A stretch of 64,000 bases of DNA, from positions 46,815 to 110,814 of the forward strand of contig JAFGPW010000005.1 of the NCBI GenBank assembly GCA_016935985.1. Direction: 5' to 3'. Under the pieces are notes generated by a model. It did not search any database, was not told where the DNA came from, and saw only the letters and a program-made list of their open reading frames with translations. Both the position numbers and the translations under genes were made by a program. The stretch comes from Candidatus Woesearchaeota archaeon. Lineage in GTDB: Archaea > Nanobdellota > Nanobdellia > Woesearchaeales > JAFGPW01. Positions within the stretch are counted from its first letter, which is position 1. The number at the start of each line of letters is the position of its first letter. Below are positions 48,586 to 58,050 of this stretch, piece by piece.

Positions 48586-49476
48586 ATGCGCTGCTCGCGG
48601 TGCGGCGCGAAGGCGGTCTTCTCCCCGCCCCCCTCCTGCGCCAGGCACCTGATCGCCGCCGTCGAGCGCGAGGCCGCGCGGACGATCAGGGAGCGCCGCC
48701 TCCTCAGGAAAGGCGACCGCGTCGCGGTCGCGGCATCAGGCGGCAAGGACTCGACCGCCTGCCTCGCGATCCTCCATAGGCTCGGCCATGACGTCACCGC
48801 GATAGCGATCGATGAGGGCATCAAAGGCTACCGCGGGCGCACGCTCGAGGACCTGCGGCGCTTCACATCGGAGAACGGCATCCCACTCGAGGTCCACTCG
48901 TTCGAAGAGGAGTTCGGCGCGACGCTCGACAGCATGCTCGCGAGGACGAAGGAGAACCCCTGCACGGCCTGCGGCATCCTCAGGCGCTACCTGCTCAACA
49001 AGCACGCCCGGCGCTTCGACGCGATCGCCACCGGCCACAACCTGGACGACGAGGCGCAGTCGGTGCTGATGAACCTGCTGCGCAACCAGATAGGCCCGCT
49101 CACCCGATTGGGGCCGGCGACCGGCACAGTCGCTGACCCGAAGTTCGCGCGGCGGATAAAACCCCTCTACTTCATCCCTGAGCGGACGGTCGCTGCGTAC
49201 GCCTTCCTCAGCCGCTTCGGCGTCCGCTTCTCAGAATGCCCATATGCCTCGACCGCCTATCGGGCGGATGTCCGCGACCTGCTCAACCGGCTCGAGCAGC
49301 GGCAGCCCGGGACCACGCGGACGGTCATCGACCGCTTCCTCGAGCTTCTTCCTGCGCTGCGCGAGCGATACGCCCCTGATGGCGAGGTCGCTTCCTGCAA
49401 GGTGTGCGGCGAGCCGGCGCGAGGGAGCAGGTGCAGCGCCTGCGCGCTCGTCGAGAGGGTTGTCAGGATAGAATGA
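48586..49476 (+). CDS. ncsA: tRNA 2-thiouridine synthase (NcsA/TtuA/Ctu1)
   Basis: Terminal Zn fingers, SGGKDS PP-loop, CTACGILRR, TGHNLDD, RIKPL, ECPY. Confidence 0.9.
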   Translation: MRCSRCGAKAVFSPPPSCARHLIAAVEREAARTIRERRLLRKGDRVAVAASGGKDSTACLAILHRLGHDVTAIAIDEGIKGYRGRTLEDLRRFTSENGIPLEVHSFEEEFGATLDSMLARTKENPCTACGILRRYLLNKHARRFDAIATGHNLDDEAQSVLMNLLRNQIGPLTRLGPATGTVADPKFARRIKPLYFIPERTVAAYAFLSRFGVRFSECPYASTAYRADVRDLLNRLEQRQPGTTRTVIDRFLELLPALRERYAPDGEVASCKVCGEPARGSRCSACALVERVVRIE

Positions 49477-49485
49477 GTCTTATTA

Positions 49486-49505
49486 TTTTCAATATTGAAA
49501 TGAAT
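49486..49505 (+). promoter_or_regulatory. Palindromic motif copy 3 (TTTTCAATATTGAAATGAAT)
   Basis: Perfect 14-bp palindrome 49487-49500, ~20 nt upstream of the TTATATA of rpp30. Confidence 0.6.
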
Positions 49506-49551
49506 TATCAGCCGACACTGTTATATAGAGCTTCCCACCTTTCATAGCATC

Positions 49552-50214
49552 ATGATCGACATAGCGCTGCCCAAAGGGAATGAGCGGGAGCTCGTCGGCA
49601 TGGCCGAGCGGCTCGGCCACGATGGCCTTGTCCTGCTCTACCCCTACCGGAAGGATGTGGCTCCCTTGCGCACGCGCATCGTCTCGCTCCAGAGGACATC
49701 CCGGCCCGTCCTCCACCTCGGCCTTTCCTGCAGGCAGGACCAGCTGAAGGACGCGCGGCAGAAGGCGGACATCCTCTTCGGCGACCCGGCGCAAGGGGCG
49801 CGCCTCCTCATCGAGGCGAAAGGATGCGACGCGGTCTACGGCCTGCCATATCACGCGAGGAACGATGGCATCTACCACCGGGCAGGCGGGCTCGATCATG
49901 TGATGGCGAAGGCCGCCGCTAAGGGAGGCACGCTCATCTGCATCGGCCTCGCGCCGCTGGTCTCGACCTCCTCGCCCGCCTCCCTTCTCGCCCGCCTCAG
50001 GCAGAACGTCATGCTCTGCAGGAAGTATAAAGCGTCGTACGCGGTCGCCAGCTTCGCCTCTGCGCCGTACCTTCTGCGGGGGCGCGCCGAGCTCGCGGCG
50101 TTCGCTTCCGTCCTCGGCGGCGACGGCGCGGCGGTGCGGGCGCTCGCCGGGAAGCTTTCCGAGAACAGCAGGCTCAAGCACCGCATCACCGACGGCGTCT
50201 ACAGCAAACCTTAA
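49552..50214 (+). CDS. rnp3: RNase P protein Rpp30 (PHP fold)
   Basis: MAERLG, GLDHVMAKAA, RQNVMLCRKY, SFA..PYLLR. Confidence 0.8.
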   Translation: MIDIALPKGNERELVGMAERLGHDGLVLLYPYRKDVAPLRTRIVSLQRTSRPVLHLGLSCRQDQLKDARQKADILFGDPAQGARLLIEAKGCDAVYGLPYHARNDGIYHRAGGLDHVMAKAAAKGGTLICIGLAPLVSTSSPASLLARLRQNVMLCRKYKASYAVASFASAPYLLRGRAELAAFASVLGGDGAAVRALAGKLSENSRLKHRITDGVYSKP

Positions 50215-50255
50215 ATACCATCGCCTGCCAGGGATACGTTGGAAAAAGAGGTACC

Positions 50256-53200
50256 ATGAGGCATCCCAGATCGCGCTATCTCGAACGCTTGATTCTCCTC
50301 TGGACAGCCCTCAATCTCCTCTCCCTCCCGCTCGGCCTCGCCGGCGAACACGCCGGGAAATCGGTCTCGTCCCAGGTCACGCCGACGCTCGATGCCGGCC
50401 CCTTCTCTGCGGTCGTGCCCGTCACGCTCAACAGGTATGGGCAGGAGCCCGCCACAATCACGACGGATGCCTCAGGCGGGCTCCTCATGCTCTACCTGGC
50501 CCTGATCGCGGCAGGGCTCGTCATGGCGGTCAGGCAGCCGGCGTCGCGCGCAGGCCAGATATCCGTCTTCCTCCTCATCGGCATCATAATCATCGCTGCC
50601 TTCTCGAGCGTCTTCTACCTCTCGCAGTACCTCACCAAGCGCAAGTTCGACACCGAGATAAGCAGGATGATCGAGGACTCGCTGCACGCATCGGCGTTCG
50701 AGAAGTATGTCCAATGGTGCGTGCAGGAGGCGACGGAACGGGGGCTGCTCCTCATCGGCATGCAGGGCGGCGTCATCTACGCCGACCAGGGGGGGTTCAT
50801 GCAGCCCGACAGGACCGTGCCGTTCATGGTCTACAACGAGACCTATCGCGTCGCGCTCGGCATCAGCGAGCCGAGCTACACCAATTACCCTCCCCTGCCG
50901 CCGATGGCGGCCCCCGGATACCCCCTTGACCTGCCGCTTCTGACCATTCCTGAGATCCCGCCCTTCTTCACCCAGAGCGGCGACGACTTCTCGGACGGCC
51001 ACTACAAATCCTACTACGGCTGGCGGACGATGCCGAACCTCTGCGACAAGTACGGGCCGAACCAGTACAACCCGAAAATGCCGAGGCTCAGCTGCGAGGA
51101 CACCACCTACCACAACATCAACACCATCCAGCAGCAGCTTAACCACTACATCTCCAGCCAGGTCGGGGTCTGCTCCAACTTCACCGCGTTCGCCGAAGCG
51201 TTCGGCTACAACGTGACGAAAGGGAACATCAGCACCTCGGTCATCCTGGGTCTCGACGACGTCCAGGTGCGGGTCACCTACCCTATCGTGATCTCAGTCG
51301 CCGGGAAAGAGCCCATCACCCAGTTCATCAAGTTCGAGGAGAACCCGAAGATACGGCTCAAGCGCATCTACAACCTCGCGAACGCGGTCGCGAAGCGCGA
51401 CGTCCGTGACATCGAGTTCAACCTGAGCAGCGACTTCATCGACGTCCCTGACTGCCGGTTCTACACCTCGGTCGGCGAGTCGAGGAACTGCTACCGGACC
51501 TACTTCGACATCCGGCGGTACGACCGCCTCGAGGTCTGTCCCGGCTGCGCCGGCGACACCGGGCATGCCGACATCTTCCAGATCACCGACACCGAGACCT
51601 TCCTCTACGGCAAGCCCTACATCTTCCAGTTCGCGGTGGAGAACCGGATCCCCGCGCTCGACCCGATCTGGGAGGACACGATCAACAACACCATCTGGGA
51701 CATCCTCGTCTATGAGGGTGACACCATCCAGATACAGCCGTTCGGCTACGACCCTGACGAGGACGGGCTCGTCTACAACTACTCCGGCTGGAAGGAGACC
51801 TACGACGAGACCTTCGTCCAGAACCTCCCCGGATGCTCGGCGTTCACGCCGTCGAACTGCATCCTGCGCAACGATTCGGCGCAGCCCCACAACTGGATCT
51901 TGTCCGGGCCGTACGTCACGCCGAGCTACCCCTGCAACGGATCCGACGGCTACCGGCGCTGCGCCGAGTACACGACGACCGCGGCCGACGTCGGCTACCA
52001 CGAGCTCAACGTCTCCGTGTGCGACCATGAGGGCCTCTGCGACTGGCAGGTCGTGCGCATCATGGTGGATGACATCCCCTACTCCGAGCCGCAGGGGAGC
52101 AACTATTTCTCGGACATTCTGGACACTGACGCCTCGATCGAGGACCCCTACCTCCTCGACGCGACCGGGAGCACCGACTTCTTCCTCGCGAACCTCACCT
52201 TCAACTGGTACGACAACCTCGAGCCCTTCAACATCACGACGCCTTTCTCGCAGCTCGTGCTGCCCGAGACCATCAGCATCCTCACCATCACGGATTGGCC
52301 CAACTACTTTACGGAGCTCGGCTCGCACCAGGTGAACCTCACCCTCACCGACAAGCTCGGGCTCGTCGACACCCAGGCGCTCGACATCATGGTACACCAG
52401 TGCCTGCCGCACCGCTACCCCGGCTCCGCGCCCTACCCCTTCAACAACCTCACCTTCGACGACATCCTCTACCCGGAGAACGTCGGCGACCCGTTCCAGG
52501 CCGACCACACCTGCTGCCAGGACGACCTGGACCCGGCGCCCTTCACCTACTTCGACAACACGACGCCCTGCTACTCGGCGGTCTTCTACGGAGGCAACAA
52601 GAGCTACGAGACATTCTTCCCCTTGTCCCTCGAGCCGGGCGTGACGCACACCATCGAGTACCCGAACATTACCTCTGGCCAGATCACTGCCTTCGACGCG
52701 CAGAACGACATCTACGAGTTCGACTTCCGCCGCAACTGCCCCGGCGACCGCGGGAACGCCTGCATCGGCCCGGCGAACGAGACGCGGACCGTGATCGAGG
52801 AGTGCAACGACCTGAACACGACGCGCGGCGACACCCAGCGCTGCCAGGGGCCGTGCGCGGCTGAGGCGGACGACCCGTCGTGCGCGCTCACCAACAATTC
52901 CTCGGCCCTCTCATGCCAGAACTTCACCGCAGGGCAGACGTTCGAATTCACCTATCTCGGCGATCCCTCAACGCCGTATGTGAACAATAATATTATTCCC
53001 ACTTTCACCAGGAGCGACGGGATCTGCAACCCGCTGCTCCGCTGCTCGTCTGGCATCGGGCCCGGAAGGTATGCCGCCGGCGGTGATTACCTGTTGATAG
53101 GGCAGTGCAGCGCGGGAGACTGCACCTATGGCCGGGATGTCGGAGGGCTCTCATCGTGCTCAAGCCTGCTCGGCAGGCAGATTCCCAACGCGCGGCCTCC

Positions 53201-55847
53201 CTGGACGACCAACAACACGCCGACCGTGTGCGTCGAGAGGCATGACAGCTGCAACGGGACGAATTCCACGCGCCCGACCTCGGCCCCGACCTCGAACAAC
53301 GCCTGCACCTCGTATGAATATGCCTGTGCGACCAGCGGCAACCCCGCGGCCGACGACTGGTGCAACCGCTCGGAAATTACCAACCTCGACGCCAACATCA
53401 CGTACCGCTCTGCCTGCGAGAGCTCCTGCAGCCTCAGCTGGACCGACGCGGGAGAGGTGGTGGGCGAATACACCGTCGCCGAGGTCGGGAACCATGCCCA
53501 GGAGTGCTGCGGCGACGACTCGGGCGAGCTCCCGCGCTGGTGCGTCGCGCTTTCCGGGACGAACGTGCTCGGCTGCAGCGGCGGCTCGCTCTGCTGCAAT
53601 GACGCCACCGACTGCCCGAACACCTACTGGCGGAACTGCACGTCCGCGACGCAGTGCGCCGAGACATCGGCAGGGCAGTACTCCTACTGCCTCGCCAACG
53701 GCACGTGGCAGGACATGGATACCAGCCAGGCCCTCTGCGAGACCGTGAGTCCCGGGTGTGGGGGCTTCCATTGGCTCACCGACTACTGGGCAGGAACGAT
53801 CCGATGCTGCGGCGACGACGGCGTGAATGACGACTATTGCATCGCCCTCGGGAGCGACATGTGCCTTGACGGCGTCTCGACAGGGACCTGGGACGCCGAC
53901 GCCGGCCAGGCGGAATGCAATTGCCGCAACACGAACGGCGAAGCGGACAACGGCCAAGCCGACGTCTGCAACTATGCCGGCGAGGAGGATTGCTGGATTC
54001 CTCTCGCGACAACGCTCGACAACGTCCTCTACGGCGGCGGGAGCGACTGCTGCGAAGCAGGCGATACGTTCTGCTACGCGGGTGAAGGCGTCTGCGACAG
54101 CGGTGTCTTCAGTAATGTCGGTGATGCGACCCAAAACACCTGTGACTGCCGCAACAGCAACCGCACCGGCGAGGCGTGCGACTCCCCTGGCGAGCAGAGC
54201 TGCTGGTTCATTGACCTCCTCAACAACGGCCAGTGCTGCGATGGGACCGATTACCTCTGCGCTAGTGGCGGCGGCGCCTGCGTCAATGGGAGATTCTACA
54301 GCAACCCCGACGCAGCGCGGTATGTGTGCGAGAACTGCTCATCCCAACGCTGGGCCCCCTCAGGCCATCAATCACATCTTACCCAAGCGGGACTATGGGA
54401 GATGCCGAACGGGTTTGCGAATCCCTCCTGCTGTGGCGACGAGTCGAATGAGTTATATGTCACCAATACCAGCATCTACAACACCAACCCCCTGTACCCA
54501 ATGTATGGGCCTGGGAGGTGCTGCGATGCATCGATGTTTTCAAATCCCAACACGATTTGCATCGACTTCGACGGCAACTGCCGAGGGGAATGGGGTCACG
54601 AGGTGACGTGCAATGACGGCCAGGACAACGACTGCGACGGCCTCTACGACTGCATGGATCCCAACTGCTCGCTGCAGGCGTGCACGGTGGGGGTCTCGTT
54701 CGGCAACTGTCAGCGCGAGTTCCACGAGCAGCAGTACGTCTGCGTCACGCAAGCGAACTCCTGCGCCTTCAACGACAGCGGCACGCTCGAGTACCGGCCT
54801 GCCAGCTATCGCGAATGCTGGGAGGACAACTCGAGCCGCAAGACCTGCCATCTCGACGGATTCTGGGAGGCGAACTACTCCTGCTGGAACACCAACTGCA
54901 ACCCCGGCGAGGGCAGCCCGCTCTGCGGCTTCGTCAACAGCACGAACGCGGTGTGCAACCCCGGGCCTCTGAACACCGACGGCTGCGGCTACTCGACCTG
55001 CTACGACTGTGGCCCCCACCAGTCGGCCTACAACTATGCGCTGCCGTCAGGATCGCAGTTCTTCTGCGGGACAGTGTGCAACGCCGCGTGCCAGGACGGG
55101 TTCCAGTGCGATGACAACGGCGACTGCGCCGACGTCTGTAACAACCCCAATGTCCTGGAGATTATGGGCTGCAACTCCTCATGCATGTGCGAAGCGACCC
55201 CGTTCGTCTGCGACTCCTGGACTGTCGAGCTTTACACTTCGGCGCACGAGTGCGGCGGCACCGGCAATTCCTACCGCTACTGCTGCAACTACGACGCTGG
55301 CGCCTACACCTGGGAGCGGTTCAACAACCTCAACGAGGACACATCTGCTGAGTGCAGCGACGGGTATGACAACGACTGCGATTCAGATGCGTTCGGCTTC
55401 AACAGCACCGACTGCAACGATTCGAGCTGCTGGTCGCAGTGGACGACCGACGACACGCTCTGCTGCCAGAACCCCTCCACCTGCCGAAATGCGGGCCTCT
55501 ACAATTACAGCTGCCCTGCCGACCATCAGTGCGACTGCGTGGGGATGGATCCTCTAGGGACCTTCACGAATTTTGCAACAATCGAAACCTGCATCGAAGC
55601 AGGTGCGAGTATCTTCGGAAAGACCTTTGTATGGGACGTCACGGCTGCAGGGGATTATGAATTCAGCGCAGATTTCGAGCATCCGAACCCAGCGTATGAT
55701 TGTACAAGTCTCACTTATATTACCATCCCGGGTGTTGGTACGGTGAGCGATGGGAACAGCATATTTACTGTATCTGCAGGTTCTTATGTGGGTACAATCT
55801 ATAATTCACGGCCCTATGACTGCCCCCTCTCTGTCATAATCAGCTAA
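50256..55847 (+). CDS. Giant (1863 aa) Cys-rich surface protein with prepilin-like motif and Ig/PKD-like domains
   Basis: Long uninterrupted ORF; RAG/QISVFLLIGIIII; cadherin/PKD-like DPDED.L.Y segment; CCGDD and C.DG.DNDCD repeats; many sequons. Confidence 0.85.
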   Translation: MRHPRSRYLERLILLWTALNLLSLPLGLAGEHAGKSVSSQVTPTLDAGPFSAVVPVTLNRYGQEPATITTDASGGLLMLYLALIAAGLVMAVRQPASRAGQISVFLLIGIIIIAAFSSVFYLSQYLTKRKFDTEISRMIEDSLHASAFEKYVQWCVQEATERGLLLIGMQGGVIYADQGGFMQPDRTVPFMVYNETYRVALGISEPSYTNYPPLPPMAAPGYPLDLPLLTIPEIPPFFTQSGDDFSDGHYKSYYGWRTMPNLCDKYGPNQYNPKMPRLSCEDTTYHNINTIQQQLNHYISSQVGVCSNFTAFAEAFGYNVTKGNISTSVILGLDDVQVRVTYPIVISVAGKEPITQFIKFEENPKIRLKRIYNLANAVAKRDVRDIEFNLSSDFIDVPDCRFYTSVGESRNCYRTYFDIRRYDRLEVCPGCAGDTGHADIFQITDTETFLYGKPYIFQFAVENRIPALDPIWEDTINNTIWDILVYEGDTIQIQPFGYDPDEDGLVYNYSGWKETYDETFVQNLPGCSAFTPSNCILRNDSAQPHNWILSGPYVTPSYPCNGSDGYRRCAEYTTTAADVGYHELNVSVCDHEGLCDWQVVRIMVDDIPYSEPQGSNYFSDILDTDASIEDPYLLDATGSTDFFLANLTFNWYDNLEPFNITTPFSQLVLPETISILTITDWPNYFTELGSHQVNLTLTDKLGLVDTQALDIMVHQCLPHRYPGSAPYPFNNLTFDDILYPENVGDPFQADHTCCQDDLDPAPFTYFDNTTPCYSAVFYGGNKSYETFFPLSLEPGVTHTIEYPNITSGQITAFDAQNDIYEFDFRRNCPGDRGNACIGPANETRTVIEECNDLNTTRGDTQRCQGPCAAEADDPSCALTNNSSALSCQNFTAGQTFEFTYLGDPSTPYVNNNIIPTFTRSDGICNPLLRCSSGIGPGRYAAGGDYLLIGQCSAGDCTYGRDVGGLSSCSSLLGRQIPNARPPWTTNNTPTVCVERHDSCNGTNSTRPTSAPTSNNACTSYEYACATSGNPAADDWCNRSEITNLDANITYRSACESSCSLSWTDAGEVVGEYTVAEVGNHAQECCGDDSGELPRWCVALSGTNVLGCSGGSLCCNDATDCPNTYWRNCTSATQCAETSAGQYSYCLANGTWQDMDTSQALCETVSPGCGGFHWLTDYWAGTIRCCGDDGVNDDYCIALGSDMCLDGVSTGTWDADAGQAECNCRNTNGEADNGQADVCNYAGEEDCWIPLATTLDNVLYGGGSDCCEAGDTFCYAGEGVCDSGVFSNVGDATQNTCDCRNSNRTGEACDSPGEQSCWFIDLLNNGQCCDGTDYLCASGGGACVNGRFYSNPDAARYVCENCSSQRWAPSGHQSHLTQAGLWEMPNGFANPSCCGDESNELYVTNTSIYNTNPLYPMYGPGRCCDASMFSNPNTICIDFDGNCRGEWGHEVTCNDGQDNDCDGLYDCMDPNCSLQACTVGVSFGNCQREFHEQQYVCVTQANSCAFNDSGTLEYRPASYRECWEDNSSRKTCHLDGFWEANYSCWNTNCNPGEGSPLCGFVNSTNAVCNPGPLNTDGCGYSTCYDCGPHQSAYNYALPSGSQFFCGTVCNAACQDGFQCDDNGDCADVCNNPNVLEIMGCNSSCMCEATPFVCDSWTVELYTSAHECGGTGNSYRYCCNYDAGAYTWERFNNLNEDTSAECSDGYDNDCDSDAFGFNSTDCNDSSCWSQWTTDDTLCCQNPSTCRNAGLYNYSCPADHQCDCVGMDPLGTFTNFATIETCIEAGASIFGKTFVWDVTAAGDYEFSADFEHPNPAYDCTSLTYITIPGVGTVSDGNSIFTVSAGSYVGTIYNSRPYDCPLSVIIS

Positions 55848-55915
55848 ATTCACCACTCCACGATTACAAAAAAACGAAAGCTTTAAATACTCTTCTCTCG
55901 CCTCTTCCTCTCAAA

Positions 55916-56431
55916 ATGAGCCGCCTTGAGAAGATTGCGCTCACCGGCCTCTTCGTCTTAGGTGTCGGCGCCGGCGCAGCGAGGTCCCAGACCGTCTCCG
56001 GGACGGTCGTGAACTACAACGAGAATATCCCGGTCTCCGGGATAGAGCTCTATCTCGACGGCGCGATCAAGGACACCACGAACGCGCAGGGCACCTTCGG
56101 CTTCCCGGTCTCGGTCGTCAGGGACGATTCGCCCGTCATCCCGAAGGACTTCACGCTTCGGCTCTTCCCGAACCCCTTCAACCCGGCGGCGATCATCGAG
56201 TACACGGTCCCGTACCAGGGCGACATCTCGATCGTCGGGTACAACACCCTCGGCCAGCGGGTCTATGCCGAGGACCTCAAGAACCAGATGACCGGCACCT
56301 ACAAACTCCAGTTCGACGCATCCAAGTACGACCTCGCCTCGCAGATCCTCTTCTTCCAGGTCCTGCTCGATCCTAAAGACGCGTCGAAACCGCCTCTCGT
56401 GAAGATAATCAAGGGGGCGTATGTGAAATGA
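55916..56431 (+). CDS. Secreted protein with carboxypeptidase-regulatory-like and T9SS type A sorting-like domains
   Basis: Signal peptide; TVSGTVV...DTTNAQGTF; IPKDFTL..FPNPFNP...IEY.VP...I..YNTLGQRV. Confidence 0.7.
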   Translation: MSRLEKIALTGLFVLGVGAGAARSQTVSGTVVNYNENIPVSGIELYLDGAIKDTTNAQGTFGFPVSVVRDDSPVIPKDFTLRLFPNPFNPAAIIEYTVPYQGDISIVGYNTLGQRVYAEDLKNQMTGTYKLQFDASKYDLASQILFFQVLLDPKDASKPPLVKIIKGAYVK

Positions 56432-58050
56432 GGTTCCGTGACGCGTTCCTCATCGCGTACCTCTCCCTGTTCTTCGCGGCTGCGCCGCTCGCCTCTGGCG
56501 GCCCTTCGAAGAAGGAGCAGGCGAAGCAGCAGGCCGGCCACGTCCTCACGCTCAAGGATCCCCAAGGCAGGTTCTACACCTGGGAAAAATTATTCCCCGA
56601 CACGCTCATGCTGCCTGACACGATCGGCATCTTCGAGAAGAAGCCGTCAAGCGGCGCGTATCCGGACAACCTCGCCTCCATCGTCGACCAGCTCGCGCCC
56701 GACACCTCGTTCGCACGCTGGAACTCGACGCCGGTGCCGGTGTTCTACGGGAGCAACGTCTCTTCCGGCGTCCCGTTCGACTCGATCGGACGCGCGTTCG
56801 GCGAGGGCATCAACGCAGGGACCGGCAGGGGAATCGTCGCAGAGGGCGCGGTCTCCGACTACGGCATCATCTTCCAGTACGCAGACTCAAGCTCGATCAG
56901 CATCGCGCGCAATCCGGACGGCTCGCCGCAGCTCGCGGTCGTGACCGTGCAGAAGGACCTCTACGATCCTGCTGCGGCAATCGCCCGGCTCTACGCAGCT
57001 GCCCTCGGCTTCCGCTGGTCGCTTGACCGGACGAGCGTCTCAGGCGGCGCGAGCGCGTTCTCGCCGCTCGACGTCCAGTCGCTCGCGACGTTCTTCGCGC
57101 ACCCCTTCGGCTACGACCTTCGGCCGAGCTGGGGCGACAGCGCGCGCGGCGACGTCGAGAAGCCGACGATGGCGCTTGACGCTCCAGCCCAGGCGACGGC
57201 GAACGCGCCGGTGGCGCTCGACGCCTCGGCGAGCACCGACAATACCGGCATCGTCGAGTACCAGTGGGACACCGACTACAGCGGCTTCTTCGACCCTGAC
57301 ACCGCCACCACGACATCGACGCTCGAGCACGTGTTCACGAATCCCGAGCCGTCTGACCGGACGATTATGGTCGTTGGCAGGGACGCGAACGGCAACAGGG
57401 GCTACGCCGGGAAGGACATCTCTGTCATCGCGAGCCCGACAGCGCCGGTGTTCGGGGGATATCATGTCCACTCTGCAAGTCCAAACCTCACTTTGAATAT
57501 TCAAAATATCTTTTCAGACCTCTCAAACCCAATACCTCTCTTTACCTATTTCATCATTTCAACAGACTTCCCAAATTTAGGAATAAATCCTTCGAACGGT
57601 GTGATGGGGAGCACATTCTACCTCCCCGACTCCATGGCAGGGAAATCCTACTACGCGGTCGTCGCCGCTGACAACGGGAGCGAGGTGACCACCGCGACGA
57701 TCGACTGGATCGTGAACAGGTACCGGCACGTCATCGACGTCTTCTACCTGAAGGGCGGCCAGACGCAGACGGAGCAGCTCAACGGCACTGACCGGCTAAC
57801 CGACTACGCGCGGAACGTCGTCACGCCCGCCGGATTCTTTGCCTATAGCATACAGTCGACGCCGCAGGAACTCCAGGAAGTGGCTGACCGCATCGTACAG
57901 CGGCCTGCCTGGGCAGAAGAAGACCTCCTCCACTACAACTTTACTACTATACCCAGCTGGCCGAATATATCGGCGACCATGGATTCGGTCTTCCAGAACA
58001 TCTCTCCGTACGAACTCAGGGGGATTGGTTTCACCGTCTCCAGCAACTGA
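56428..58050 (+). CDS. Secreted protein with PKD domain
   Basis: ATGA overlap; signal peptide; VALDASASTDNTGIVEYQWD. Confidence 0.7.
   Translation: MRFRDAFLIAYLSLFFAAAPLASGGPSKKEQAKQQAGHVLTLKDPQGRFYTWEKLFPDTLMLPDTIGIFEKKPSSGAYPDNLASIVDQLAPDTSFARWNSTPVPVFYGSNVSSGVPFDSIGRAFGEGINAGTGRGIVAEGAVSDYGIIFQYADSSSISIARNPDGSPQLAVVTVQKDLYDPAAAIARLYAAALGFRWSLDRTSVSGGASAFSPLDVQSLATFFAHPFGYDLRPSWGDSARGDVEKPTMALDAPAQATANAPVALDASASTDNTGIVEYQWDTDYSGFFDPDTATTTSTLEHVFTNPEPSDRTIMVVGRDANGNRGYAGKDISVIASPTAPVFGGYHVHSASPNLTLNIQNIFSDLSNPIPLFTYFIISTDFPNLGINPSNGVMGSTFYLPDSMAGKSYYAVVAADNGSEVTTATIDWIVNRYRHVIDVFYLKGGQTQTEQLNGTDRLTDYARNVVTPAGFFAYSIQSTPQELQEVADRIVQRPAWAEEDLLHYNFTTIPSWPNISATMDSVFQNISPYELRGIGFTVSSN

Noticed and set aside
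52400-55500. CRISPR or DGR-type repeats in the Cys-rich genes
   Set aside because: Repeats are degenerate and only at protein level; no spacer periodicity, TR/VR pair or reverse transcriptase seen.
57492-57505. Palindrome TTTGAATATTCAAA
   Set aside because: Inside a CDS and differs from the TTTCAATATTGAAA motif at symmetric positions; probably chance in a low-GC patch.
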